IMG/VR virus record: IMGVR_UViG_2654587686_000023
Direction: 5' to 3' (one strand)
DNA: 30,377 bases
Source: a virus
Lineage: Duplodnaviria > Heunggongvirae > Uroviricota > Caudoviricetes
In this document: in pieces, positions 7,909 through 17,962 of the stretch
How positions within the stretch are numbered: the stretch's first letter is position 1
Layout of the letters: each line of letters begins with the position of its first letter
The notes under the pieces: generated by a model
The model's input: only the letters and a program-made list of their open reading frames with translations
Databases searched by the model: none
What the model was told of the DNA's origin: nothing
Made by a program: the position numbers and the translations under genes

Positions 7909-10651
7909 TCTTATCCGTCAGGTTATCAGTGCGTCTGAAAACAACTGGCCTCATGTGCTGGGCTGCCTGAACATAAATGTCCCTGACTCTCCGCGCCGTC
8001 ATGCTCCCTGCCCTGCATGTGGGGGCAAAGATCGATTCCGGTTCGATGACAACGGGCGCGGTAGCTTCATCTGTAATCAGTGCGGCGCTGGTGATGGGCT
8101 GGATTTAATTAAACGCGTAAATAACTGCGACACAACAGAGGCGGCGCTTCTTGCCGCTGATGTTCTGGGTATTGATTACCGGACAACGGAAACACCAGAA
8201 GCCACCAGCCAGAAACGGGAACAACTGGAAACCGAGCGCCAGCGACGCGAACAGGAGCGCCTGAAAAGGGCAGAGAAGGACGAACAACAAAGACGGGATA
8301 CGTTTTCCCGTCAGTTTGATGACATGCGCAGAAAGGCTGTAAACGGCAAATCTGATTATCTGGTTGCGAAAGGGGTAGGTGATTTTACATTCCCCGTGTT
8401 GCCCGATGGATCTCTGTTGCTGGCGCTGGTGGATAAATCCGGCGCAGTCACAGCAGCACAGACTATTACCTCACATGGTGAAAAAAGACTCCTGACAGGT
8501 TCAGCAAAGCGGGGGGCATATCACGCCATAAACGCACCAGAAACAACACAGAGCATCTTAATCGCAGAAGGGCTGGCAACGGCATTATCTGCCCATTTAA
8601 TTCGTCCAGAGGCGCTGACAGTGGCGGCGATTGATGCCGGGAACCTGTTATATGTCGCCCAGGTACTGCGGGATAAATATCCATCAGCACAAATCATCAT
8701 TGCTGCGGATAACGACCACAGCGAAGGAAGACAAAACACGGGGAGAATAGCAGCAGAAAAAGCAGCTTTATCTGTTTCTGGATGGGTGGCATTACCCCCG
8801 ACAGATCACAAAGCAGACTGGAATGATTACCACCAAAAACACGGCATTAAATGCGCCACAGAAGCGTTCAATAAGTCAATGTACCAACCACAGGGTAATG
8901 GCGTGAAACAGGAGCCACAGACCATTGAGGGAAGCGATTTTAAGGTTATGGATACCGACCCACTGAAACCAAGAATAGAAAGCCGCGAGGATGGTATTTA
9001 TTGGGTATCTCCGAGAGCTGACAGCCAGAGTGGAGAAATCATCAATAACGAAAGCTGGTTATGTTCTCCGTTAAGCGTTATCGGTACTGGCAGAGACGAT
9101 AAAGACCAGTATCTCATTCTTCGCTGGCTGTCGTTTGGTTCTGAAACGCCGACAACCGCTGCCATTCCACTGGCTGATATTGGTGAACGTGAAGGATGGC
9201 GCACACTTAAAGCTGGTGGGGTAAATGTCACGACCAAAAGCAGCCTCAGAGCAATACTGGCAGACTGGCTACAACGCAGTGGCTCTCGTGAATTGTGGCG
9301 TGTTGCTCATGCCACTGGCTGGCAATGCGGAGCGTACATCATGCCTGATGGGGAAATCATCGGAACACCTGAAAATCCTGTGCTGTTCAGCGGGAGAAGC
9401 TCAGCCGCAGCCGGATATACCGTCTCAGGGAGCGCGAAAAGCTGGCGTGATAACGTGGCGCGTCTGGCCTTTGGTAACTATTCAATGATGACCGGGATCG
9501 GCGCAGCACTGGCAGCGCCATTGATTGGGCTGGTGGGCGCTGACGGGTTCGGCATTCATTTCTATGAGCAGTCGAGCGCAGGTAAGACCACCACGGCAAA
9601 CGTGGCGAGCAGCTTATACGGCAACCCTGATTTACTGCGGCTGACGTGGTACGGAACCGCGCTGGGGCTGGCAAATGAAGCCGCCGCCCACAATGACGGA
9701 CTAATGCCGCTTGATGAAGTTGGTCAGGGCGCTGATCCTGTCAGTGTTTCACAGTCTGCCTATGCGTTATTTAACGGTGTAGGGAAACTGCAAGGCGCTA
9801 AAGATGGTGGAAACCGGGATCTAAAACGCTGGCGTACAGTGGCAATCAGCACTGGAGAAATGGATTTAGAAACATTTATCGCTACTTCCGGGCGAAAAAC
9901 CAAAGCCGGGCAACTGGTGCGACTGCTGAATATTCCGTTGAGTAAAGCAGTACGCTTTCACGATTACCAGAACGGAAAACAGCACGCAGACGCACTGAAA
10001 GACGCTTACCAGCATCACCACGGCGCAGCCGGGCGTGAGTGGATTAAATGGCTGGCAGACCACCAGCAACAGGCAATTAAAACTGTTCGTGACTGCGAAA
10101 GCAGATGGAGAAGTCTGATCCCATCCGATTATGGTGAGCAGGTTCACCGTGTAGCCGCGCGATTTGCCATTCTGGAGGCCGCATTGCTGTTAGGCGAGGT
10201 TGTAACAGGCTGGGATGCTCAGACATGCCGTGATGCGATACAGCACAGCTATAACGCATGGTTGCGCGAGTTCGGCACAGGTAACAAAGAACATCAGCAG
10301 ATTATTGAACAAACGGAGGCATTTCTTAATGCCTATGGGCTTAGCCGTTTTGCACCATTTCCATACAGCCCGGCAGATTTGCCCATCAAAGATTTGGCCG
10401 GATACCGTCAGCGTGGAGAACATGACGAAAGCCCAATGATTTTCTACACATTCCCGGCCACATTTGAAAAGGAGATCGCATGTGGTTTCAACGCAAAACA
10501 GTTTGCTGAAGTGTTGAAAAAAGCCGGGATGCTAACCCCACCAAACAGCGGTCGTGGATACCAAAGAAAATCACCACGTATTCAGGGACGACAAATAAAC
10601 GTTTATGTACTCAATTACCAGCCAGGAGATTATAACTCATCTGAAGAATGA
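7892..10651 (+). CDS. P4 alpha-like primase-helicase (zinc-binding primase domain + TOPRIM-like region + D5/DUF927-type NTPase)
   Basis: 919-aa ORF; N-terminal CPACGG...CNQCG zinc-ribbon typical of P4 alpha/bacteriophage primases; Walker A-like SSAGKTT in the C-terminal half; size and position typical for P4-like islands. Confidence 0.85.
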   Translation: MMRNIDLIRQVISASENNWPHVLGCLNINVPDSPRRHAPCPACGGKDRFRFDDNGRGSFICNQCGAGDGLDLIKRVNNCDTTEAALLAADVLGIDYRTTETPEATSQKREQLETERQRREQERLKRAEKDEQQRRDTFSRQFDDMRRKAVNGKSDYLVAKGVGDFTFPVLPDGSLLLALVDKSGAVTAAQTITSHGEKRLLTGSAKRGAYHAINAPETTQSILIAEGLATALSAHLIRPEALTVAAIDAGNLLYVAQVLRDKYPSAQIIIAADNDHSEGRQNTGRIAAEKAALSVSGWVALPPTDHKADWNDYHQKHGIKCATEAFNKSMYQPQGNGVKQEPQTIEGSDFKVMDTDPLKPRIESREDGIYWVSPRADSQSGEIINNESWLCSPLSVIGTGRDDKDQYLILRWLSFGSETPTTAAIPLADIGEREGWRTLKAGGVNVTTKSSLRAILADWLQRSGSRELWRVAHATGWQCGAYIMPDGEIIGTPENPVLFSGRSSAAAGYTVSGSAKSWRDNVARLAFGNYSMMTGIGAALAAPLIGLVGADGFGIHFYEQSSAGKTTTANVASSLYGNPDLLRLTWYGTALGLANEAAAHNDGLMPLDEVGQGADPVSVSQSAYALFNGVGKLQGAKDGGNRDLKRWRTVAISTGEMDLETFIATSGRKTKAGQLVRLLNIPLSKAVRFHDYQNGKQHADALKDAYQHHHGAAGREWIKWLADHQQQAIKTVRDCESRWRSLIPSDYGEQVHRVAARFAILEAALLLGEVVTGWDAQTCRDAIQHSYNAWLREFGTGNKEHQQIIEQTEAFLNAYGLSRFAPFPYSPADLPIKDLAGYRQRGEHDESPMIFYTFPATFEKEIACGFNAKQFAEVLKKAGMLTPPNSGRGYQRKSPRIQGRQINVYVLNYQPGDYNSSEE

Positions 10652-10670
10652 GCTTCTTCATGTGCGTAGA

Positions 10671-10798
10671 AAAGGTGTTGGTTCAGTTGGTTCAGTTGGT
10701 TCAGTTGGTTCAATTTGTAAAGAGTATTGTTTTATAAGGATTTTATTCTTTTTATTGAACCAACACTGAACCAACAACACGGTATTTTGAACCAACAC
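10671..10798. repeat. Iteron cluster A: four tandem GGTTCAGTT units (10680-10715) followed by three inverted TGAACCAACA copies (10756-10798); candidate alpha-binding crr/ori-type site
   Basis: Directly visible tandem and inverted repeats immediately 3' of the primase gene; by analogy with P4 alpha binding short iterons in ori and crr (established for P4, inferred here). Confidence 0.6.
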
Positions 10799-11117
10799 AA
10801 TGTGACTGAATTGATGCGCACAACACCTGGCTGGCATCAGAGAGTGTTTTACGAGACTTTCGTAAAATCCTGTGTACAAGGGCGTGACGTTTTTGAAAGT
10901 GAGCACTACGAAATTTTCGTAGTTCAAAAAACAGCCTCTGAGAAGTTGTTATGCCTGTTCAGCAAACCATCCGCATAGCTGATCGCGAATCAAATTACCA
11001 ATGGAGCCAGAAGCAAGGGCAGAACTGAAAAGTGCCTGCCGTGAAGAGTAATGCGACACCATAAATATAGTTTTTAGAGTCCATAAAAAACCAGTCAAAA
11101 CCTGACACACAGAACGA

Positions 11118-11149
11118 TGCCACCAGCTACTGAGCGGTGGCATTTTTTT
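11118..11149 (+). terminator. Rho-independent terminator (TGCCACC-loop-GGTGGCA + T7)
   Basis: 7-bp GC-rich stem, 11-nt loop, followed by TTTTTTT. Confidence 0.6.
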
Positions 11150-11244
11150 GTGCTATTTGTTTCATATTTTGCAATTACGATGATGAATATTGCGATTTAT
11201 GAAACTATAATAACTGTTGTTTTATACAGTTCTAAGGGGGCGTT

Positions 11245-11406
11245 ATGGCTATTTCAGTAAAGCCGGTATTGATAAGTGAGAAGCAAATGGAAGCGATAAA
11301 GAAAATTCAGGAAGAGCAGCGTAAAAAATCAGGAATTGGAGTAGCGCCAACTCTGCATGAAATTGCTCGAGGGTTAATAGATAAGGCGCTGGCAGGCTGT
11401 ATGTGA
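11245..11406 (+). CDS. small ribbon-helix-helix-like DNA-binding protein (53 aa)
   Basis: Short ORF below the 60-aa track cutoff, strong SD (AAGGGGG) 5 nt upstream of ATG; beta-strand then two helices pattern (ISEKQMEAIKKIQ...LHEIARGLIDKAL) typical of CopG/Arc-type proteins. Confidence 0.5.
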   Translation: MAISVKPVLISEKQMEAIKKIQEEQRKKSGIGVAPTLHEIARGLIDKALAGCM

Positions 11407-11422
11407 AAATGGATGGCATCGC

Positions 11423-11884
11423 ATGGAACTAAAATTTATTGATAACCCTGTGCGATTACAGGCCTTTCTTAACGATCCTGGCAATACCGAAAATATTGTT
11501 GAGCCGGGGCACACGTACTACATCAAGCCTGATGCGGTATATCTCGGCATCTACGAAGGATTGGTGCTGGCTGGCGTTCATGAAGTGCGTAACTTCTGGC
11601 ATAGCGTTGTTGAATGCCATGCGGTGTATGACCCCGGATTCCGTGGTGAATATGCACTGCAAGGGCATCGACTATTCTGCAAATGGCTTCTCGAAAACTC
11701 ACCATTCCTTAACAGCATCACTATGGTTCCTGACACCACGAAATACGGACGGGCAATTATCCGTTTGCTTGGCGCTACCCGTGTTGGTCACCTTGATGAT
11801 GCTTATATCAGATGTGGTAAACCCGTCGGCGTAACGCTTTATCAGTTAACTCGGCAACAATATAAGGAATTCAGCGAATGTTAA
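11423..11884 (+). CDS. hypothetical protein (153 aa), first gene of a coupled 4-gene operon
   Basis: ORF; stop overlaps the next start. No family recognised. Confidence 0.6.
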   Translation: MELKFIDNPVRLQAFLNDPGNTENIVEPGHTYYIKPDAVYLGIYEGLVLAGVHEVRNFWHSVVECHAVYDPGFRGEYALQGHRLFCKWLLENSPFLNSITMVPDTTKYGRAIIRLLGATRVGHLDDAYIRCGKPVGVTLYQLTRQQYKEFSEC

Positions 11885-12555
11885 TTACCCATATAGCTCA
11901 TAAACATCTCAATCGTGCCGTATACGAAAAAGGCGGTGATGGTGGTGCCTCTAAAGCTCAGGCGAAGGCCCAGCAGCAGGCAATTGATTTGCAGCGCGAG
12001 CAGTGGAATACGGTGATGAATAATCTCAAGCCGTATGCAGAAGTCGGATTGCCTGCTTTACAACAACTACAAGGACTGATGACTCTGGAAGGGCAGAATA
12101 AAGCCGCGAATGATTTCTTTGGTTCTGGTTTATATAAAACACAGGCAGATCAGGCCCGTTATCAGAACCTTGTCTCAGCAGAAGCTACCGGGGGGCTTGG
12201 CTCAACAGCTACCAGTAACCAGTTATCTTCCATTGCGCCCATGCTTTATAACAATTGGCTTAGTGGGCAAATGCAAAATTATGGAAACCTGCTAAATGTC
12301 GGGATGAATGCGGCATCAGGGCAGGCAACGGCAGGGCAAAACTACGCCAATAATACCGGACAACTCTTGCAGGGGCTTGGCGCTATTCGTGCAGGTCAGG
12401 CGCAGCAGCCATCCAGTCTTGCGCGTGGTATTGGTGGGGCAGCATCAGGCGCTTTAGCGGGTGCGCAACTTGGTTCCGTTGTTCCTGGAATAGGTACTGC
12501 GGCAGGCGCTATTGGTGGTGGGCTTATTGGTCTTGTTGGGGGGCTTGGATTCTAA
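11878..12555 (+). CDS. hypothetical protein (225 aa) with Gly/Ala-rich glycine-zipper-like C-terminus; phage ejection/internal-protein-like
   Basis: ORF with low-complexity C-terminal GxxxG-rich hydrophobic segment (GIGGAASGALAGAQLG...GGLIGLVGGLGF); start overlaps upstream stop. Confidence 0.6.
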   Translation: MLITHIAHKHLNRAVYEKGGDGGASKAQAKAQQQAIDLQREQWNTVMNNLKPYAEVGLPALQQLQGLMTLEGQNKAANDFFGSGLYKTQADQARYQNLVSAEATGGLGSTATSNQLSSIAPMLYNNWLSGQMQNYGNLLNVGMNAASGQATAGQNYANNTGQLLQGLGAIRAGQAQQPSSLARGIGGAASGALAGAQLGSVVPGIGTAAGAIGGGLIGLVGGLGF

Positions 12556-13874
12556 TGGCGACATGGCAACTTGGCGGGCTGCCTAGCATGGCACCGCAAA
12601 ATGATAATGCTCCTCGTTCTTCCGTTCCTCAGCCTGTGCAGTATCAGCAGCAGCCAAACGTAGGTTTAATGGCGCTACAGGGGCTAAGAGGCGTTGCTGA
12701 GATTAATCAGCAGGCGCAAATTTCCCAGCAGCTAAAAGAATATCAGGCACAGTTGGGTAGTGCGGTAGCTAATAATGATCGTGTTGGCGTGCAGAAGTTA
12801 ATGGCCCAGTATCCCCAGTTTATGGCTGATTCTCAAAAACAGATGGGATTCATTGATGCTGAGCAAAATCGGCAGACCGCTGACGCTGCCATGAATCTGC
12901 GTCTTGCGTCACAAACTGGAGATCCACTGACCATGCAGAAGGCCATTCAGCAGGCAAATCCAGTATTACAGCGATTTGGTCTTCCTGCTGAAGAGGTTTA
13001 TCAGTCTTGGCAGAATGACCCACAGGAATTCAACAGAATCACTGACCTCATCCACCTCCATGCTGATCCAAATAGTTACTTTAGTGTTCAAGAGAAGCAG
13101 CAAGGGCAGAGTATTGCACAGCAGAACGCAGATACATCTGCATATAATGCTCAGGTTAATGCGGAACAGGGTAATCGGCGTCTCGATATGGAGCAGTTCA
13201 AAGTCCTATCCGATAACCAGCTACGCACGAGAGAAATGGTTCTGAAAGCACGACTTGGACGTGCTCAAAATGACATCGAGAGAGACAAGCTCAATGCTGA
13301 ACTGAGCAAGGTACAGCAGGCGAAAGTGGAGAAGATGAACGATAAAATTAATACTGTTGCAGGTAACATCGACTCCTTGAACTCTGCGCTTGAAGTGGGT
13401 CATGAACTGGCGGGAATTGTAGGGAAACATCCTTCGGCCGTTACCCGTTCGCAGAACTATAACCCCCTGACGCTGGGGTTTGGATTCCTTCCTGATGTAG
13501 CAGAAGACACACGAAGCCTACGCGCCAAAGCTGATGAATACAACCTAAAGGTTATTCTGCCTAGCCTCAAAGGGACTTTTGGCTCTAACCCAACCGAAGG
13601 GGAAAGGGCTGCCCTTATGCAATCTCAAAATGGCATTAAGTCAGCAACCAGCAATGAGGCATTTTTGCGAGAGTTGAATAAAGCGCAGGACGTAATTATT
13701 CGAATGCAGAAACGACAGATTGCCGGGCTCGGTATTCCTGTAACCAAATCTAAGGACGAAGAAACTGATACTAAAATGCTGTTGCAGGATCCTTCTCTGG
13801 TTAAGGATTATGTGACCGCACATGGCTATCTGCCGGAAAGTTACTATCAGGCAAAACTTAAGGGATGGCAATGA
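12555..13874 (+). CDS. hypothetical Gln-rich, probably coiled-coil protein (439 aa); phage ejection/internal-protein-like
   Basis: ORF whose ATG overlaps the previous stop (TAATGG); Q-rich heptad-like sequence. Confidence 0.6.
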   Translation: MATWQLGGLPSMAPQNDNAPRSSVPQPVQYQQQPNVGLMALQGLRGVAEINQQAQISQQLKEYQAQLGSAVANNDRVGVQKLMAQYPQFMADSQKQMGFIDAEQNRQTADAAMNLRLASQTGDPLTMQKAIQQANPVLQRFGLPAEEVYQSWQNDPQEFNRITDLIHLHADPNSYFSVQEKQQGQSIAQQNADTSAYNAQVNAEQGNRRLDMEQFKVLSDNQLRTREMVLKARLGRAQNDIERDKLNAELSKVQQAKVEKMNDKINTVAGNIDSLNSALEVGHELAGIVGKHPSAVTRSQNYNPLTLGFGFLPDVAEDTRSLRAKADEYNLKVILPSLKGTFGSNPTEGERAALMQSQNGIKSATSNEAFLRELNKAQDVIIRMQKRQIAGLGIPVTKSKDEETDTKMLLQDPSLVKDYVTAHGYLPESYYQAKLKGWQ

Positions 13875-16591
13875 TGGCACAACTGACAGAAAAACAGAAA
13901 GCCTATTCCCGTCATCTCGATGAAAAATATGGTTTCCCATCAGGGACGATGGAAACATTAGTTGGCAATGAATCTAGTGGTAACGGAAGTGCCGAGTCAC
14001 CGAAAGGAGCTAGAGGATTTGCTCAACTGATGCCCTCAGTAATGAGTGATGCTGGTTATCGTGGAACAGATCCGCGCTCACTGCCATTTGAAAAGCAAAT
14101 GGATATCGCAGCAAACCATCTCAATAAAGGAATGAAGCGATTTGGTGATATAGGTATGGCATTGGCTGGGTATAATTCTGGCTATGCTCGTATTAATGCC
14201 GTAAGAAACGGTAAATCTACACTGCCAGATGAAACGGCTAATTACGTAAGTAAATTTGCAGATGCCGGAATAATCCCTGATGACAGTGAAATCTTGCAGT
14301 TTGCACAAACCAGTCAACATCGCAATCTTCAGCAGCCTGACTACTCAGAGCTTGATAAAGAAATCTCTCAGGTGGGAGATATTTCTGCATGGGAAGCAAA
14401 ACGTCAGCAATTTAAGAACATAGAAGCAGGACTACCAACAGCCAGTTCATGGGAGCAGAAAAGAGCTCATTTTCTCGCCGATGAAAATGCCGGGGAACCG
14501 CAGCAGCAAGTAGCCAAGTCTAACCTTAATCCTGAGATGGAATATCTTTCGCCAGGACTGAAAGCTGCGCCAGAGCAGATGGCCAGAGGGATTGCTAATA
14601 TACCGTTTGATGTAATGGACGCAGGCGTGGGGGTAGTCAATGCGGCGCAATCAGCCGGAGCATGGGCAGCTCAGAAGCTTGGTGTGGGTGATGGTACATA
14701 CACGCCCATATCACCTGTCTTTCGCCCAGTAGACCAACCTACAGATCCATACGCGCAGGCTGGTGAGCAGCTAGCACCTTACCTTATTACAGGATTAGGT
14801 GCAGGAAAGGCAGCTACCGCAGCTTCTTCAGTTGCCAACGCTCCACGTGCTGAACGTGCGGCCACAAAGGTGGCTAGTATGTTGGCAGAAAACCTGCCAG
14901 GTACATTGGTGAACGCCCAAAAGAACGGGCAGATCAGCCCAGAAGACCTAGCAAAAGAGACAGGTATTGGCCTAGCAGGATCGCTAGGAGCACGCGCTTT
15001 AATAAAGAGCGGACAGACAGCCAGTGACGTAATGCGAGATGTATTGCGGAGTAATACAAATCAATCAAGCTATGTGTTAGGGGCAGCAAATACTCTGGAA
15101 ACCGCCAATGATGTATCGAAAGCAGCGCGTTCTGCCGTAGGCCGAGAGCATATCGCATCGCAGGCATCAAACGTCAGAGATGATGTCGCTAAGGCGGCGA
15201 AAATCACTGGTATTAATATCAACACCCTGACGCCTGGAATGCGCTCAGGTAGTCGTGGAATTGCCCAAGCAGAAGGTGTTCTGGCATCAACTCCTGGGAA
15301 TGTTCAGGATGCTCACCTTACGGCCTTCAATGAAATATCCTCAAAGTTGAATAAGCAGTTGTCTGATTTCGGTGCTGAGTCTGGAAGCGCATCAGAAAAA
15401 AGCGCAGCAATTAAAGAGCGCATCATCGCGAGCCTCAGTGATATGAAAACAGCAGAGAATATGGCATGGGCAGAACTGCGAAGCACGATGCCACGCGAAA
15501 GGATGAAAATGAGTAATGGGATGGCTGTCGTCCAAGCAGAAAAAGCAGCCAATGTTCCACTCAGCCCGGAGATGAAACAGTTTCAGGCTGCCAATAACCA
15601 AGGTGGCGGCATAACCTTCGACGGGATGAAGGCATGGCGTGCTAAGTTTGCTGATGCTGAACAAGCAAACACCCGGGCAGGTAAGGCCAATGCCGCCCGG
15701 GTTGCCGGAGAAATGCGCAGAGCTATCACTGATGACATGCGCATCATGGCTGAAAAAGGAAACTTCCTCACAGAATGGCAGAAAGCTAACGATCTCTCTA
15801 AAAGTTACATTATCGCCAAACAAAATGCCGAATCTGTTTTTGGTCGAGATCTCGCATCAGACGCTATGGTAAGAAAAGGTGCCGATACGCTTAAGGCATC
15901 CGCAAACACTGGAACGGGAGCTTTTCACCGTCTTATCTCCGCGCTGCCGGAAGCAGAACGCCAACCAGCAATAGCATCTATTCTTCAGCATGCTGTGGCG
16001 CAGGGAGAGAAGGGAGGAATCGGTGAAGAGTCTGGTATCCAGTATTTTGCCAAGCTCATGACCCAGCAGAATGTAAACGCCATCAGTCGTCATGCGCCAG
16101 ATCTCGGTAGAATGATGAAAGAGTTCGGTGTACTCGCTAAAGCCAGCACCAGACCGCAGCGATACGTAGAGCGCACGGGAAGAACAACTGAGGCTCTCAA
16201 AACGCTCGATTCAGGCCTTCCAAAGATCGTCGGCGTGATTATGAACGGAGTTCAACAGTCAGGTGCGATCGCTGGAGGCTTTGGCGGTGGTGTAATTGGT
16301 TCGATTAGTGGTTTGGTTGCTGGTGGCGCGCTGAGAAATACTGTGGCTAAGATTGGGGCGACAAGAAGTGGTCGATATGCGATAGAGAAAGCCGTTCAGG
16401 AAGCTACAAAAGCAGTGCGCGCAGGGGCATCACCAGCAGCGATCGCCGCAGCAGAGAAACGATTTTCGGCCAATAAAATTGCCATGAAAGCAATTCGTGA
16501 TGCCGTTGGGGCTGAAGAATTCGTGAAACTGACAAGGGCCGGGATTGTAGCTACCCTCAGTGGCATGAAAGATGTTAGCGAATGGGAATAG
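13865..16591 (+). CDS. large protein (908 aa) with N-terminal lytic transglycosylase (SLT) motif; phage internal-virion/ejection-protein-like
   Basis: N-terminal ES...GARGFAQLMPS...AGYNSGY pattern matches the catalytic Glu-Ser and G-L-M-Q/AYN-G signatures of family-1 lytic transglycosylases; rest is Ala-rich low complexity; start overlaps upstream stop. Confidence 0.7.
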   Translation: MAMMAQLTEKQKAYSRHLDEKYGFPSGTMETLVGNESSGNGSAESPKGARGFAQLMPSVMSDAGYRGTDPRSLPFEKQMDIAANHLNKGMKRFGDIGMALAGYNSGYARINAVRNGKSTLPDETANYVSKFADAGIIPDDSEILQFAQTSQHRNLQQPDYSELDKEISQVGDISAWEAKRQQFKNIEAGLPTASSWEQKRAHFLADENAGEPQQQVAKSNLNPEMEYLSPGLKAAPEQMARGIANIPFDVMDAGVGVVNAAQSAGAWAAQKLGVGDGTYTPISPVFRPVDQPTDPYAQAGEQLAPYLITGLGAGKAATAASSVANAPRAERAATKVASMLAENLPGTLVNAQKNGQISPEDLAKETGIGLAGSLGARALIKSGQTASDVMRDVLRSNTNQSSYVLGAANTLETANDVSKAARSAVGREHIASQASNVRDDVAKAAKITGININTLTPGMRSGSRGIAQAEGVLASTPGNVQDAHLTAFNEISSKLNKQLSDFGAESGSASEKSAAIKERIIASLSDMKTAENMAWAELRSTMPRERMKMSNGMAVVQAEKAANVPLSPEMKQFQAANNQGGGITFDGMKAWRAKFADAEQANTRAGKANAARVAGEMRRAITDDMRIMAEKGNFLTEWQKANDLSKSYIIAKQNAESVFGRDLASDAMVRKGADTLKASANTGTGAFHRLISALPEAERQPAIASILQHAVAQGEKGGIGEESGIQYFAKLMTQQNVNAISRHAPDLGRMMKEFGVLAKASTRPQRYVERTGRTTEALKTLDSGLPKIVGVIMNGVQQSGAIAGGFGGGVIGSISGLVAGGALRNTVAKIGATRSGRYAIEKAVQEATKAVRAGASPAAIAAAEKRFSANKIAMKAIRDAVGAEEFVKLTRAGIVATLSGMKDVSEWE

Positions 16592-16741
16592 ACGCTCTAA
16601 CTAACAAAACCATAATAGCCAAGGACGGCATACTGATATTGAGCCAACTATCAAAATTCCATATCACATTACGAGCCTGTGGCTTACATTCGCTTACAGT
16701 GATGATAATTTATAACCACGCAATTCTTAGGTGAGATTATC

Positions 16742-17440
16742 ATGATTAAAAATCTTCTTTTAATATTATCCCTGTCATTATTGGCTGGATGCGTACAAAA
16801 ACCGTTAGTAACGGTCAATGCTTTATCTTCCGGGCAATCTGTCGGTAAGAAGTTCTTGATCATCCCCGCAAGCCAAGAACTTTGGAACACCAAACAGATT
16901 GAATACACTCAAATAGCTACGGTAGTAGCCGCCAGTTTATCAAGCCAAGGATATACACAAGTTAAAGATGAAAAATTGGCTGACCAGGTAATTCTCTTGA
17001 ACTTTTTGAGAAGCGGGGCCATTTCAAATACTCGTAATGTAACCATCCCAATATACGGGCAAACTGGTGTGAGCTCAGCAACAACGTACGGAAACTCGAA
17101 CACCACGTTCAATAGTTATGGTGGTGGCTACGGTACAGCTAATACCACTGGAACGGCAACAACAGTTTATACGCCTACTTATGGAATTACTGGCGCGTAT
17201 AACACAACTGTGACGGACACGTTCTACGGCGCAGGGGTGATACTCCAGTCGTTTGATGCCAAGGCCTATCTCAATAATAGGCAGATTAATATGTTATGGA
17301 AAGTTGGTAGCTCAGTCGTCTCGCAACAGTCTGATGGAATTGCTGATTACAAGGGGTTGGCGAGAATAGCCGCTAGCTATGCCGGGAAAAATACAGAAGG
17401 TGATATAACTTTTAATGTTGACCCTAAAGCACCAAATTAA
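16742..17440 (+). CDS. putative lipoprotein (232 aa), Thr/Gly/Tyr-rich
   Basis: N-terminal signal peptide with lipobox LLAGC (Cys at position 17); followed by a hairpin terminator. Confidence 0.7.
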   Translation: MIKNLLLILSLSLLAGCVQKPLVTVNALSSGQSVGKKFLIIPASQELWNTKQIEYTQIATVVAASLSSQGYTQVKDEKLADQVILLNFLRSGAISNTRNVTIPIYGQTGVSSATTYGNSNTTFNSYGGGYGTANTTGTATTVYTPTYGITGAYNTTVTDTFYGAGVILQSFDAKAYLNNRQINMLWKVGSSVVSQQSDGIADYKGLARIAASYAGKNTEGDITFNVDPKAPN

Positions 17441-17447
17441 CTAATAA

Positions 17448-17476
17448 GCCCGGTACGCCGGGCATTTTGCCCCCTA
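17448..17476 (+). terminator. Rho-independent terminator after lipoprotein gene (GCCCGG-TACG-CCGGGC + ATTTT)
   Basis: 6-bp GC stem/4-nt loop followed by T-rich tract 8 nt after the stop codon. Confidence 0.55.
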
Positions 17477-17624
17477 TTATTCATGAATCGCTTTTTCTAG
17501 AAGGTATGCGACAAACGTTAAGTGACATTGCCTACACATTCGGGGCGGGATTTCAAATCCGCTCCCAGTTGATGGGGCCGTTACAGTACGCGCATATCCG
17601 CTTTATGTGAAACAGGAAGATTTT

Positions 17625-17676
17625 TCTGATATCACTGCCACAGCAAAACACCAATTTCGAGACAAGTACGCGCGCG
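17625..17676. repeat. Repeat copy A: TCTGATAT...ACAAGTACGCGCGCG, (CG)n palindrome
   Basis: 15-mer ACAAGTACGCGCGCG at 17662-17676; same 15-mer also at 17948-17962 and 20654-20668. Confidence 0.7.
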
Positions 17677-17933
17677 AGGGGTATCAGTTGCAAAAAATTT
17701 TGCAACTACGTCCGACCAATACACACACGATGGCGGGGGATACCATAAAACTGTTCTCTACATGAGACAGAGTGGTGGTGATGTGTTGATTATCGGCCTA
17801 TATGCGCACAGGACGCGCTATGACAATGTTTTATGCGGGTACACCAATCACATGTATCTGGTGTGATAAATCGCGTTACATGACCTCTCATGTTGTGCTG
17901 GTGGTTATCACGACGTTCTGAATCTGGCTTTTG

Positions 17934-17962
17934 TCTGATATTTTGCGACAAGTACGCGCGCG
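17934..17962. repeat. Repeat copy B: TCTGATATTTTGCGACAAGTACGCGCGCG (contains 12-bp palindrome TACGCGCGCGTA)
   Basis: Seen in sequence; 29-bp unit shares about 24 positions with copy C. Confidence 0.7.

Noticed and set aside
10658-10927. Minus-strand ORF with PTEPTEPTEP repeats (and plus-strand ORF 10727..10978)
   Set aside because: The repetitive peptide is simply the translation of the 9-bp GGTTCAGTT iteron array; no SD; interpreted as non-coding iteron DNA.
12110-12295. 61-aa ORF in an alternate frame
   Set aside because: Entirely inside the well-supported 225-aa gene of the coupled operon; no independent start signals.
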